Below are positions 36,753-46,532 of a stretch of DNA of 64,000 bases, in pieces. The notes under the pieces were generated by a model, which ran no database searches, was not told the DNA's origin, and was given only the letters and a program-made list of their open reading frames with translations. How positions within the stretch are numbered: position 1 is the stretch's first letter; every line of letters starts with the position of its first letter. The DNA lies in assembly GCA_905215465.1 (NCBI GenBank), contig CAJMPT010000001.1, positions 37,684 through 101,683 on the forward strand, read 5' to 3'. Source of the stretch: an uncultured bacterium. Lineage in GTDB: Bacteria; Actinomycetota; Coriobacteriia; Coriobacteriales; Atopobiaceae. A program made the translations under genes and the position numbers.

Positions 36753-37457
36753 TTACCGCTGCCCGTACGTTGCGTTGGGGCCATGCTTGCGCAGGTAGTG
36801 CTTATCTTGAAGGTACTGGGGCGCCGGGCCGCAATGCGGCGAGAGGAGCTCCGTGTCGCGCGCTATCTTGGCGCACTCCTCGAGCACCGCGGCATGGTAG
36901 ACGGCCTCGTTGGCATCCTTGCCCCAGCTAAATGGCCCATGGTTGCGCACGAGAACCGCAGGCACCGCAATCGGGTCAACGTCCCTCTCCTCAAAGCCGG
37001 ACACTATGACCTTGCCGGTATTGAGCTCATATGCCTCCTCGATCTCCTCCTTGGTGAGACCCCTCATGCAAGGAACCGGGCCATAGAAGTAGTCGGCATG
37101 GGTAGTTCCGTAAGCGGGAAGGTCCCGACCGGCCTGCGCCCACGCCGTCGCCACAGAGGAATGCGTGTGAACGACGCCCTTGATTCCCCTGTCGGCCCAC
37201 GCGCGATAGATCCACGCGTGGGTGTCCGTGTCGCTTGACGGGTTCAGATCGCCCTCAACGCGCCTGCCATCAAGGTCGCACACGACCATCTTCTCGGGCG
37301 TGAGCTCGTCATATGCCACGCCAGAGGGCTTGATGACAAACAGTCCCGTCTCCGGGTCAAGCTCGGACGCGTTTCCCCAGGTGAAGATTACCAGCCCCAA
37401 CCTAGGCAGCTGCATGTTGGCCTCGTATACCTTCTCGCGCAACTCCTTGAGCAGCAT
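36753..37457 (-). CDS. araD: L-ribulose-5-phosphate 4-epimerase (AraD/SgbE/UlaF family)
   Basis: Class II aldolase fold with VVHTHS and the family-typical C-terminus QDKHYLRKHGPNATYGQ. Confidence 0.85.
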   Translation of the reverse strand: MLLKELREKVYEANMQLPRLGLVIFTWGNASELDPETGLFVIKPSGVAYDELTPEKMVVCDLDGRRVEGDLNPSSDTDTHAWIYRAWADRGIKGVVHTHSSVATAWAQAGRDLPAYGTTHADYFYGPVPCMRGLTKEEIEEAYELNTGKVIVSGFEERDVDPIAVPAVLVRNHGPFSWGKDANEAVYHAAVLEECAKIARDTELLSPHCGPAPQYLQDKHYLRKHGPNATYGQR

Positions 37458-37567
37458 ATGGACTCCCTTCCCTCGCCTCTTCTGGCGAGAAATGCAAGAA
37501 CCCGCCCGCAACGGCACGGGCCGAAGCGAACGGGTCCTCGCGTTGTATCAGGACGACGCGGACTTGC

Positions 37568-38041
37568 CTACTCCGCGCAGTACTTGATGACGGTATCAAC
37601 CATGCCCTGGGGCGTGGTCTGGGCCATGATGTCCGCAGAGGCGGCATCGTCGATGAAGATGCCCAGGAAGGCCTGGAGAACGGCGACCTGGCCCTCCTCG
37701 TGAGCCAGCAGGCCGAGGTTGACGATGAGCTGGGCGTTCACAAGGCCGGTATCGGCCATGCCGTCAAACTCGATGGGGTTCTTCGGCTTGATGATGGCGA
37801 TGTAGGGCTTGTTGAGGTGCTGCGGGTCCACGTGCGGCAGGGCAACGGAGATCGAGGTGCACTCAAGGCCGGTGGGGTAGTTCTTCTCGCGCTCGAGAAT
37901 GGCGTCAAGCCAGGAGTCCTTGACATAGCCGCCCTCCTTGAGCTTCTCGCCAAGCTTGGTGAAGAAGTCGATGCGGTCGGTGGCCTCAAAGTCAAAGAAG
38001 ACGAGCTCAGGCTTCAGAAGATCGGTCTCAATGGCAGACAT
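37568..38041 (-). CDS. PTS EIIA component (EIIA-2, mannitol/fructose/galactitol class)
   Basis: PTS_EIIA_2 architecture with the phosphorylatable His in SVALPHVD. Confidence 0.85.
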   Translation of the reverse strand: MSAIETDLLKPELVFFDFEATDRIDFFTKLGEKLKEGGYVKDSWLDAILEREKNYPTGLECTSISVALPHVDPQHLNKPYIAIIKPKNPIEFDGMADTGLVNAQLIVNLGLLAHEEGQVAVLQAFLGIFIDDAASADIMAQTTPQGMVDTVIKYCAE

Positions 38042-38100
38042 GCGTCAGTCCCTTCGGGTTGTGGTGGGCAAAGGCCTTGTGCTGGCAGGTGGCAGAATCG

Positions 38101-38982
38101 CTAAGCCACGGGGTCGGCGCCGTTGGCGAAGACCTTGATGACGGAGGTGAAGTCCTCGTAGAGGCGCTGGTAGGCTGCCATGGTCATGTCGTGCCAGTAG
38201 ACGTTGGCATCGGCGTTCTTGGACTTGAAGTCAGCAATGACCTGCTGGACGGCCTCGCCAGCGTACTTCACGCCGTAGGTGTAGTAGTTGATCTTGCGGA
38301 TGCCGGCGTCGATGGCCTTGCGGTAGTCGTCGTCGGAGACGCCGGAGCCGCCGTGCATGACCAGGGGCACGTTGTTGCGCTTGCGGATCTCGGTCAGAAC
38401 GTCGAAGTTGAGGTGCGGCTCGCCCTTGTAGATGCCGTGGACGGTGCCGAAGGAGCAGGCCAGGATGTCAAGGCCGGTCTCCTTGATGAACTCGTCGGCC
38501 TGCTCGGGGTCGGTGTAGACGGCCTCGGAGACGTGGTCGTTCTCGTGGCCGACGCCATTCTCGCGGGTGCCCATGCTGCCGAGCTCGCACTCAAGGCCGC
38601 AGTCAAAGCTGGCGCACATGTCGGCGGCACGCTGGGAGTTCTCAATGTTGACCTCATAGGGCTCCATGGAGCCGTCGTACATGGCACCGGTGAAGCCCAT
38701 CTCGAGGGCACGACGCATGTAGGAGAGGTTCTCGCAGTGGTCGAGATGCACGCAGACCATGGCGCTGGAGCGCTCGGCCAGGGCAACCATGGTCGGGCCC
38801 ATGGCGTCGAGCGGCGTAAAGGCGTCGTGGCCCTCGGCGTGGGAGAGAATGACCGGATAGCCGGTCTCCTCGGCGGCGTCCAGGGCGGCGCGGGTGGCCT
38901 CGAGGCTCGGGACGTTGAACGAGGCGATGGCCATGTTCTTCTGCTCGGCGATGGCGCAGATGTCTCGGAGGTTGACGATCAT
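38101..38982 (-). CDS. Class II ketose-bisphosphate aldolase (FbaA/GatY/KbaY family)
   Basis: Zinc-site motifs VHLDHC, GTVHG and MHGGSG. ATG 38982 (MIVNLRD...). Confidence 0.85.
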   Translation of the reverse strand: MIVNLRDICAIAEQKNMAIASFNVPSLEATRAALDAAEETGYPVILSHAEGHDAFTPLDAMGPTMVALAERSSAMVCVHLDHCENLSYMRRALEMGFTGAMYDGSMEPYEVNIENSQRAADMCASFDCGLECELGSMGTRENGVGHENDHVSEAVYTDPEQADEFIKETGLDILACSFGTVHGIYKGEPHLNFDVLTEIRKRNNVPLVMHGGSGVSDDDYRKAIDAGIRKINYYTYGVKYAGEAVQQVIADFKSKNADANVYWHDMTMAAYQRLYEDFTSVIKVFANGADPVA

Positions 38983-39071
38983 TTGGTTTCCCTTCTCATG
39001 TCCTTGCTGGCGATAAGAGCAAACGGTCCGGCTCGCCATGCCCCCGCAGGTGCGGGCCGGACCGACGCCCG

Positions 39072-39755
39072 TTAGTTGTTCTTTGCGGCCTCGGCGGCGT
39101 CACGCTCGTTGAGGGTGACCTGGCCATAGCGGTGGAAGACAGCAACGGCCTCGTCGATCTGCTCCTGCGTCATGGTTGCCATCGGCAGGCCAGTGGAAAG
39201 GGCAACCTGGATGGTCTTGCAAGCCTCCTCGAGGTAGACGCAGGCAAAGAGCGCCTGACGCAGGTCGCGGCCGACGGCGATGACGCCGTGGTGCTTGAGG
39301 ACGACGGCGAGACGGTCGCCGATTGCCTTGACGGCCTCGACGCCCATGGCGAGGTTGCCGGGGTCGCCGTAGGCAGCCACGTTGACCGGGCCCTCGGTGG
39401 CGTTGGCAAGCGTGGAGAGGTTGCAGGGAATCTCGTCCATGACCAGGCCAAGGCCGGTGGCATAGGGCTGGTGGGTGTGGATGACGGCGTTGACCTTGGG
39501 CATGTTCTTGTAGATGTAGAGAAGGGCCTCGGTGTCGACAGACGCCTTACGGGTGCCTTCGATGATGTTGCCCTCAAGGTCGACAACGAGCATGTCGTCG
39601 GCGACCATCTCGTCGTAGATCATGCCGGACGGGGTGACGATAACCTCGCCGGAGGGCATGCGCCAGCTCAGGTTGCCGCCGGACAGCGCGATGAGACCAT
39701 AGCGGTCCATCTTGAGCGCATAGTCCAGCATCTGCTGCTTTTCCTTCTCGAACAT
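39072..39755 (-). CDS. Class II aldolase/adducin-family protein (FucA-like)
   Basis: SGGNLSWR, VTPSGM and AVIHTHQPYAT motifs. Confidence 0.8.
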   Translation of the reverse strand: MFEKEKQQMLDYALKMDRYGLIALSGGNLSWRMPSGEVIVTPSGMIYDEMVADDMLVVDLEGNIIEGTRKASVDTEALLYIYKNMPKVNAVIHTHQPYATGLGLVMDEIPCNLSTLANATEGPVNVAAYGDPGNLAMGVEAVKAIGDRLAVVLKHHGVIAVGRDLRQALFACVYLEEACKTIQVALSTGLPMATMTQEQIDEAVAVFHRYGQVTLNERDAAEAAKNN

Positions 39756-40355
39756 CTACTTCTCCCTCGACTTTCTTGTGAGCGTATCGCCTTTGCCCGT
39801 AAGGACCGCCTTGAGCACGCGGCTCCTGTTCTGGGACTTCTGCTTATGACGTCCGTAGCCGAACGTCTTCACGTACTCCTCGTTGGTACGGCGCGCGCGT
39901 GCCTTGAGGGTGTCCGGGTGAATCTCGTACTCGAGGTCGCGAAGGCGACCGAAGAGCTCCTGGCCATCGGTGAAGGTCTTGGTGGAGAGCCAGAAGCGGC
40001 CATGCAGTGCGTTGTGGTCGCCAACGCGCAGGTACATCTTTCCCGACGAGGGATACTCGCGGACGCGGAACTCGTGGAGATCAGAGAGCTTGTAGCTCTG
40101 GGCTTTTCCAAAGAGCTCGAAGCTGATCTGGTCGTCGGAAAGGGTGACCGAGTGCGCATAGCAGCGTGCCACAAAGGTGTTCCACACCTGGTAGAGCGCA
40201 GCAACGGCGAAGACGACGTACAGGCCCCACATGTTGTATGCGTTGGTGTAGATCAGCCAGGCGCATGCGAAGAAGATCAGAACGCAGAAGGCTCCCTCGG
40301 CCTTCACTTCCATGGTGAAGTACGGCTCCTGGTACGTGTAGGTCTTCGACTCCAT
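39756..40355 (-). CDS. Hypothetical membrane protein (2 TM plus a basic cytoplasmic domain)
   Basis: Two hydrophobic helices near the N-terminus and a Lys/Arg-rich tail. Its stop abuts the next gene's start (39755/39756), so it is an operon member. Confidence 0.6.
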   Translation of the reverse strand: MESKTYTYQEPYFTMEVKAEGAFCVLIFFACAWLIYTNAYNMWGLYVVFAVAALYQVWNTFVARCYAHSVTLSDDQISFELFGKAQSYKLSDLHEFRVREYPSSGKMYLRVGDHNALHGRFWLSTKTFTDGQELFGRLRDLEYEIHPDTLKARARRTNEEYVKTFGYGRHKQKSQNRSRVLKAVLTGKGDTLTRKSREK

Positions 40356-40453
40356 TGTTGCCTCTCATAAATGGGGTCCGCACCAAGACTGATACGGACC
40401 CCATGCGGTTATAGCAAGTAGTGTCTATCTGTCAGAGCATGGGGAGGCTGTGC

Positions 40454-41839
40454 CTAGTTGGCGCTCTCCTCAGCAGCCTCAGCCTCGTGGAGCTCAGCGG
40501 CCTCCTTGAGGATGCGCTTGCGGTTCCAGAGGGCCAGGATGATGGCGATGACACCGGTGATGCCAAGGCCAGCGATACCCAGGAAGCTGGAAGCACGGAC
40601 GATGACCCAGGTCAGCGGGTTAGCACCGTCGCAGATGGAGGAAATCTGAGCAGCACCGCCCATGTCGAACTGCACGTTGGCAGCAGCGGTGGTGATGAGC
40701 GGAGCAAGGTCGGTAGCAATGTAGAGGCCGATGGCCAGGACAATGATGCCGATGATGATGCCGCGGAAGCCGTTGTTGTGCACGCACGGGGTGATCAGGA
40801 CGAACATCCAGGGGATGACGGCGAGGTCAGCGAAGGGCAGGACCGTGTTGCCAGGAAGCAGGACGGCCAGGAAGATGCACAGCGGGACCAGGACGAAGGA
40901 GATGGCCAGCGTAACGGGGTGGCCAACGCCGACGGCGGAGTCAAGACCGATGTAGATCTTGCCGCGGTTGGAGAAGCGCTTCTCGACGAAGTCAGAGGCA
41001 GCGTCGGAGACGGGCAGCAGGCCCTCCATGAGCAGGGAGGCCATGCGCGGGATGAGGACCAGGACGGCGCCCAGGGAGACGGCGAGCTGGAGGACACCGG
41101 TGACGTCGTAGCCGGCGAGGACGCCGATGACGAGGCCGATGACGGTGCCGATGATCATGGGCTCACCGAAGACGCCGAACTTCTCCTGAAGCATGTCGGT
41201 GTTGACGTCGATGTCGCGGATGCCGGGGATCTTATCGAGGATCCAGTTGAAGAGCATGGCGATAGGAGCGTAAGCGGTGGTGAAGCCGTGAGGCAGGGAC
41301 ACGCCGGGCATGGAGAGGGACTCCTCAACCAGCGGAGCGGTGTAGTCGCCAAGGACCATGATGATGATCATGTTGATGATGGCGGCAGCGAAGCCCATCA
41401 TGATGTTGTCGGTGACGATGGCAACGAGGGCGCCGGTGAAGGCGAAGTGCCAGTAGTCCCAGATGTCAACGTCGACGGTCTGCGTGGTGTTGGTGAGCAG
41501 CATCACGATGTTGACGACGAGGCCAAGCGGGATGATGAGCATGCCGACGTTGGAGCCCATGGCGATGGCGGCGGCGGCGGGCCAGCCGACGTCAACCGTG
41601 GTCAGGGACAGGCCGAAGCGGGCGACCATGTCGGAGGCTGCCGGGGCAAGCGTGGTGCCCAGGAGGCTGTTGATGACGAGGTTCAGGCCGATGAAGCCGA
41701 TGCCGACCGTGAGGCCAGCACGAAGGCTCTTGCCGAAGCCCGCACCAAAGCAGCAGCCAAGAATAGTCAGGAGGATCGGCATCATAACGGAGACGCCCAG
41801 GCCCTGAATGAAGGAGAAGACACTAAGGATTGCGTCCAT
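40454..41839 (-). CDS. PTS EIIC permease, galactitol (GatC) class
   Basis: 461-aa polytopic protein whose N-terminus MDAILSVFSFIQGLGVSVMMPILLTILG is typical of GatC-type EIIC. Confidence 0.85.
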   Translation of the reverse strand: MDAILSVFSFIQGLGVSVMMPILLTILGCCFGAGFGKSLRAGLTVGIGFIGLNLVINSLLGTTLAPAASDMVARFGLSLTTVDVGWPAAAAIAMGSNVGMLIIPLGLVVNIVMLLTNTTQTVDVDIWDYWHFAFTGALVAIVTDNIMMGFAAAIINMIIIMVLGDYTAPLVEESLSMPGVSLPHGFTTAYAPIAMLFNWILDKIPGIRDIDVNTDMLQEKFGVFGEPMIIGTVIGLVIGVLAGYDVTGVLQLAVSLGAVLVLIPRMASLLMEGLLPVSDAASDFVEKRFSNRGKIYIGLDSAVGVGHPVTLAISFVLVPLCIFLAVLLPGNTVLPFADLAVIPWMFVLITPCVHNNGFRGIIIGIIVLAIGLYIATDLAPLITTAAANVQFDMGGAAQISSICDGANPLTWVIVRASSFLGIAGLGITGVIAIILALWNRKRILKEAAELHEAEAAEESAN

Positions 41840-41963
41840 GTGACCTTACTTCCTTTCTTTCCTTGCTTTCCTTGTGTACGTTACGAAACTCTGAACAGCT
41901 AAAGACACTTTTTGACTCGACGGCCAGCTTTCAGCTCGCCGAGAATCCGCTGAGGTTGGATGC

Positions 41964-42263
41964 CTACTCGGCAGCCATGAGCTCCAGGATGGCCTTGTTG
42001 GGGACATCGGTGCCGCGGCCGGTGAGGTAGGGGATGCCGTTGACGTAGGGGCACTTGAGGCCGGCGGGAGCCATGGTGGTGGCCACCAGGAAGTCGTAGT
42101 TCACGGACTGAGCGGGGCACTCGGAGATCTTGTACTGAGTGATCTCGTACTGGCCCTTGTAGCCGTTCTCGTCGAGCATGGCCTCGACCTTCTTGCGGAC
42201 GGCGGTGGAGGTGCAGATGCCAGAGCCGCAAGCGAACATGATGCGCTTCTTACCGTTTGCCAT
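41964..42263 (-). CDS. PTS EIIB component (galactitol class)
   Basis: Active-site Cys loop IMFACGSGICTST. ATG 42263 lies 9 nt after AGGAGGA (the ATG at 42272 is too close to the RBS). Confidence 0.8.
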   Translation of the reverse strand: MANGKKRIMFACGSGICTSTAVRKKVEAMLDENGYKGQYEITQYKISECPAQSVNYDFLVATTMAPAGLKCPYVNGIPYLTGRGTDVPNKAILELMAAE

Positions 42264-42334
42264 TTGAATCATTCCTCCTAGTCGCGCGGACGAGCCGCGC
42301 CTTGATTTGGGACCTTGCTCATTGGCGAGAAGGT

Positions 42335-42856
42335 CTACTCTCCAACAACGATAACGCGAACCTTGCGGGTGCGCTCGCGAGTGCGGTCGTAGTCAACGAA
42401 GAAGATGCTGGCCAGCCCGTTCATCTGGAGCTTGCCGTCGGCAACCTCGAAGGTCTGGTTGCCACCGACGATGGTGGAGCGCAGGTGGGCGTCGCCGTTC
42501 CAGAGCATGGTGCGGTCGCCACCAGGCAGGTAGGACGCCGCGCTCGGCCAGGACTCGACCTCCTCGAAGTGATCCAGGCCCGGGTAGCGGTAGGTGCTCC
42601 AGTCGTGCTGCTCGGGGAAGATCTTGTTCAGGCCGTCAGAGAGGTCGGCCTGGAGGAAAGTGTCACCCGTCGGGGTGGTGTCGTGGTCATACTCCTCGGA
42701 GAAGACCGCACAGGTGGTGTGAGCGGAGATGACGGTAACGATACCCTCCTTGACGCCGGACTCGGCGACGATGTCGGCAACGCCCTTGGTCACGTCGATG
42801 TAGGTGGGCTTGCCGGCGAGGGTGTCAACGGTAATCTGACCCTTGTAGACAGTCAT
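42335..42856 (-). CDS. YjbQ/UPF0047 family protein
   Basis: VTVISAHTTCAVFSEEYDHD...GDAHLRSTIVG is characteristic of UPF0047. Confidence 0.75.
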   Translation of the reverse strand: MTVYKGQITVDTLAGKPTYIDVTKGVADIVAESGVKEGIVTVISAHTTCAVFSEEYDHDTTPTGDTFLQADLSDGLNKIFPEQHDWSTYRYPGLDHFEEVESWPSAASYLPGGDRTMLWNGDAHLRSTIVGGNQTFEVADGKLQMNGLASIFFVDYDRTRERTRKVRVIVVGE

Positions 42857-42859
42857 CTG

Positions 42860-43564
42860 CTAGTCCTCCTTGCAGAAGTCGGTGCGGGCGCGGTCCAAGG
42901 CCTCGAACATCTCGTCCAGCGTGGCGAAGGGGTCCTCGGCGGCAACGATGCCGGAGGTGCCGCCCGTGCCGTCGGCGCCGTACTTGATGGCGTCGTAGAC
43001 GTTGGCGCCGTTGTGGATGCCAGCGGCCTGCAAGACCTGGGTCTCGGGGGAGACGGCCTTGACGGCCTCGGTGGAGCCGCGCATGTAGTCCTCGCCGGCG
43101 ACCTGGCCGGTGCCGATGAGGCTGGTGAGCTCGCAGACCATCACGTCGGGGTGAAGCTCGGCGATGGCCTTGCCCTCCTCGACGGAGTCAGCGCAGACGA
43201 CGGTCAGGATGCCGACCTCGTTGGCGCGGGCGATGGTGGCGGCCAGCTCGTGAACGGTCATGGGGTTCTCGGCGTGGTTGAGGAAGGTGGCCTTGACGCC
43301 GGCGGCGGCCAGAGCCTCGGGCAGGACGTGGCCCATGCCACGGCCCGGCTTCAGGCTCTCCATGAACTGCGCGCAGGGAACGAGGTGCGGGCAGTCGGCG
43401 ATGATCTTGGGAAGGTCAATGAGCTGTGCGGTGAAGAGGCAGTCAAAGTCGTACTTCTCGCAGAGCTCGTCCGTCTTCTTGGCAAGCTTGTAGATCTCCT
43501 CGCCATACAGGTAGGACTTGGGGTTGACGACAAAGAACGGCTTCCTGAGCTTGAGCTTCTCCAT
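42860..43564 (-). CDS. Triose-phosphate isomerase family protein (non-canonical TIM paralogue)
   Basis: FVVNPKSY..., NHAEN and GTGQVAG resemble the TIM catalytic and phosphate-loop motifs. First gene of the operon. ATG 43564. Confidence 0.7.
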   Translation of the reverse strand: MEKLKLRKPFFVVNPKSYLYGEEIYKLAKKTDELCEKYDFDCLFTAQLIDLPKIIADCPHLVPCAQFMESLKPGRGMGHVLPEALAAAGVKATFLNHAENPMTVHELAATIARANEVGILTVVCADSVEEGKAIAELHPDVMVCELTSLIGTGQVAGEDYMRGSTEAVKAVSPETQVLQAAGIHNGANVYDAIKYGADGTGGTSGIVAAEDPFATLDEMFEALDRARTDFCKED

Positions 43565-43622
43565 ATGGCACCTCTTGTCTTGTGCGGCCTTTCGGCCAGC
43601 TTCCCGGCAAATCTGCACACCA

Positions 43623-43648
43623 ACTTGTTCAGTTCAGTGTGAACAAGT
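43623..43648. promoter_or_regulatory. Inverted repeat between gntR and the PTS operon (probable GntR/HutC operator)
   Basis: ACTTGTTCA-N8-TGAACAAGT, followed by further ACTTGT/ACAAGT half-sites (CTTGTATAG, GGACAAGT). Lies 59 nt upstream of the first operon gene. Confidence 0.6.
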
Positions 43649-43764
43649 ACTTGTATAGCGGTCAGTGGACAAGTTTTTGCTGGAAACGTGAAGACAAGCG
43701 GCGAACGGTATCAAACCATCCATAAACGGGAGCCCATCGTTCATTGGTGTGCCCAATCAGACGG

Positions 43765-44592
43765 CTACTCCGGCTGGTAGGCCTTGCTCACGATGGCCTG
43801 CCCCGGCGTGAGCCAGGTGCTGCTCCACTCGATGGCGACGCCGTTCTCCAGGTGGATGTTCTGCTCGAGCACCAGCACTGCGGCAGACTCTTCGCACCCC
43901 AGCATGCGGCCGTGCTCCTTGCCTGCCACGCGTGCACGATAGCGCATGTCAGAGTACCTGATCTTCTTGCCAGAGCACATCTCTACGGCATCAAACATTG
44001 ATGTAGTGGCATAGTCGACCTCGTCAAGGCCGGGACAGGCCCTGAGGTTGGACCAGCTCTCCTGACAAAGGACGGGCTCACCGTCCACCGTTCGAAGGCG
44101 GCGGAGCAGAAGGACGTTGTCGGTGGTCTCAAGGCCAAGCTCACGGGCAACGTCGGCGGGCGCCTTGGTCACGCGCCTCTCAATGACGTGCGTGACGTAG
44201 TCCTTTCCCTGCTGCCTGAGCGACTCCGCAAAGGAGAGTGGCCTCATTCCTGCAGGATGCGTTATCTCGGGCTTGGCGACAAAGGTCCCCCGCCCGTGCC
44301 TTTGGACCAGAAGGCCCTCGTCAACAAGCGACTTGATTGCCCGGCGAACGGTTCCGCGCGATACGCCAAACAGTGACATCAGGTCATGCTCTGACGGAAT
44401 ACGACTGGAGACCGCCCACTGCTTTGAGTAGATCTTCTCGCGGAGAAGGTCGGCGAGCTGGACGTGCTTTGGGGTTGCGCTCGACATGCTGAGTCCCGGC
44501 ATGAGGAGGTCAGCCGCCGTCGGGGCAAAGGGCTGACGCACGGAACTTTCGCTTGTCGCAATCTTTGTGACGTCCTCGGAAGGGGGGCACAT
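43765..44592 (-). CDS. GntR/HutC-family transcriptional regulator (wHTH + UTRA)
   Basis: SEHDLMSLFGVSRGTVRRAIKSLVDEGLLVQRHGRGTFV plus a UTRA effector domain. The start is uncertain (ATG 44592, 44502 or 44487). Confidence 0.8.
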   Translation of the reverse strand: MCPPSEDVTKIATSESSVRQPFAPTAADLLMPGLSMSSATPKHVQLADLLREKIYSKQWAVSSRIPSEHDLMSLFGVSRGTVRRAIKSLVDEGLLVQRHGRGTFVAKPEITHPAGMRPLSFAESLRQQGKDYVTHVIERRVTKAPADVARELGLETTDNVLLLRRLRTVDGEPVLCQESWSNLRACPGLDEVDYATTSMFDAVEMCSGKKIRYSDMRYRARVAGKEHGRMLGCEESAAVLVLEQNIHLENGVAIEWSSTWLTPGQAIVSKAYQPE

Positions 44593-44765
44593 GTCGTTCT
44601 TCTCACTCGCGCGGGTCTTGTACAACATAAGTTGTACTGTACATGTCCATAGACAAGTCGGCGCCATCAATTCCGCACTCCATAAGGACTGTGCGGTGGA
44701 CGGCAAAAACACCGGCCCAAGAATGGCCTGGGCCGGTGTTGCGCACAAGATGAATTGGAGTGCCC

Positions 44766-45464
44766 CTACCGCGGGTCTACCGAGACCTTGCCGTTCTCCC
44801 CTACGTGAACACGTCCGGCGGCGAGAAGACCCACCACCTCGGGGTAGAGCTCGTGCTCGATCTGGTGGATGTGGGCCTCGAGCTCGTCCACGTCCCAGCC
44901 CTCCTCCACCGCCAGTGCGCGCTGGGCGATGATGGGGCCGCAGTCGTACTTGTCGTCGGCAAAGTGGACGGTCACGCCCGTCACCTTGACGCCGTAGTCA
45001 AAGGCGTCCTGGATGGCGTGCGCGCCCTTGAAGCTGGGCAGCAGCGCCGGGTGGATGTTGACCACGCGGTTGGGAAAGCTCGCCAGCAGAGGCTCGTGCA
45101 CCATGCGCATGTAGCCGGCCATGATGACGTACTCGCAGCCATGGGCCTTGAGCTCGGTGGCAATGACCTCGTCGGCGGCAATGGGGTCCGCGTAGATCTC
45201 CTTGCTGAGCGTCAGCGTCTGGATGCCGGCCGCCTCGGCGCGCTTGAGGCCGTAGGCGCTCGGGCGCGAGCTCACCACCAGGCCAATGCGCGCGTTCAGG
45301 CTGCCGTCGGAAATGCGGTCGATAAGCGCCTGGAGGTTGGTGCCGCTTCCGCTGATGAGGACGCCGATGGTCAGGGGCTCCGCCTGGGACGCGGCGGTCT
45401 CCACGGGCTTCTCGTCATCCTCAACAAGGCGGCAGACGCCGCCCTCGCAGCTCCAGTGGCTCAT
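44766..45464 (-). CDS. purN: Phosphoribosylglycinamide formyltransferase
   Basis: ISGSGTNLQALID and NIHPALLPSF motifs. ATGA overlap with the purM stop. Confidence 0.9.
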   Translation of the reverse strand: MSHWSCEGGVCRLVEDDEKPVETAASQAEPLTIGVLISGSGTNLQALIDRISDGSLNARIGLVVSSRPSAYGLKRAEAAGIQTLTLSKEIYADPIAADEVIATELKAHGCEYVIMAGYMRMVHEPLLASFPNRVVNIHPALLPSFKGAHAIQDAFDYGVKVTGVTVHFADDKYDCGPIIAQRALAVEEGWDVDELEAHIHQIEHELYPEVVGLLAAGRVHVGENGKVSVDPR

Positions 45465-46531
45465 CGATAGGTCACCTTGCCCTCGCCCGGCACGCACTCG
45501 CCCATCACGAACGGCTTGAAGCCCTCGGCCTCGAGCTTGGCCACGACCTCGTCCTTGTCCTCCGGAGAGCAGATGATGCTCATGCCGACGCCCATGTTGA
45601 AGGTCTTGTAGGCCTCGTCCGGGGTGAGGCCGGCGGCCTTGACCATGTACGGGATGACGGGCGGCATGTCCCAGGCGGGACCGTCCTCGCCGCCGCGGTA
45701 GACCACGGCGTCAACGTCAGCCGGCAGGGCGCGGTTGAGGTTCTCGGTGATGCCGCCGCCGGTGATGTGGGCCATGGCGTGAATGGGGGCACCGGCCTTG
45801 AGCGCGCGGACAAGGCCACCCGCGTAGATGGTCGTGGGGCGCAGGACCGCATCAGCCAGGCTCTCTCCACCCAGCTCTGCCAGGGGCTCGTTGAGCTCCT
45901 CGACGGTCTTGCCCTCGATGGCGACCTTGCGCACCAGGGAGTAGCCGTTGGAGTGGATGCCGGAGCTGGGCAGGCCGAGGATGACGTCACCCGCCTTGAC
46001 CTTCTCGGGCCCGATCATCTTGGGGCGGTCGACGACGCCCACCACAAAGCCGGCCAGGTCGTAGTCATCGGGGTTCATGACGCCGGGGTGCTCGGCCATC
46101 TCTCCGCCCACCAGGGCGCAGCCGGACTTCTTGCAGCCCTCGGCAATGCCCGCCACGATCTGGGCCACGTGCTCCGCGCGCAGCTTGCCGATGGCCACGT
46201 AGTCCAGGAAGAAGAGGGGCTCGGCGCCGATGGGCACCACGTCGTCCACGCACATGGCCACAAGGTCCTCGCCCACCGTGTCGTGGCGGCCGAGCAGCTG
46301 GGCAATGGCCAGCTTGGTGCCCACGCCGTCGGTGCCAGAGACCAGCACCGGGTCCTCCATGTCCTTGAAGCCCTTCATGGAGAAGCAGCTTCCGAATCCG
46401 CCGAGGCCGCCAATGACCTCGGAGCGGTTGGTGGCCTTGACTGCGTCCTTGATGCAGTCGACAGCGCGGGCACCCTCGTCCACATCAACGCCGGCGTCGG
46501 CGTAGGTCACGTGCTTGGGCTGGTCAGCCAT
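45461..46531 (-). CDS. purM: Phosphoribosylformylglycinamidine cyclo-ligase (AIR synthetase)
   Basis: YADAGVDVDEG and SGTDGVGTK motifs. The start lies 1 nt after the purF stop. Confidence 0.9.
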   Translation of the reverse strand: MADQPKHVTYADAGVDVDEGARAVDCIKDAVKATNRSEVIGGLGGFGSCFSMKGFKDMEDPVLVSGTDGVGTKLAIAQLLGRHDTVGEDLVAMCVDDVVPIGAEPLFFLDYVAIGKLRAEHVAQIVAGIAEGCKKSGCALVGGEMAEHPGVMNPDDYDLAGFVVGVVDRPKMIGPEKVKAGDVILGLPSSGIHSNGYSLVRKVAIEGKTVEELNEPLAELGGESLADAVLRPTTIYAGGLVRALKAGAPIHAMAHITGGGITENLNRALPADVDAVVYRGGEDGPAWDMPPVIPYMVKAAGLTPDEAYKTFNMGVGMSIICSPEDKDEVVAKLEAEGFKPFVMGECVPGEGKVTYR

Positions 46532-46532
46532 G

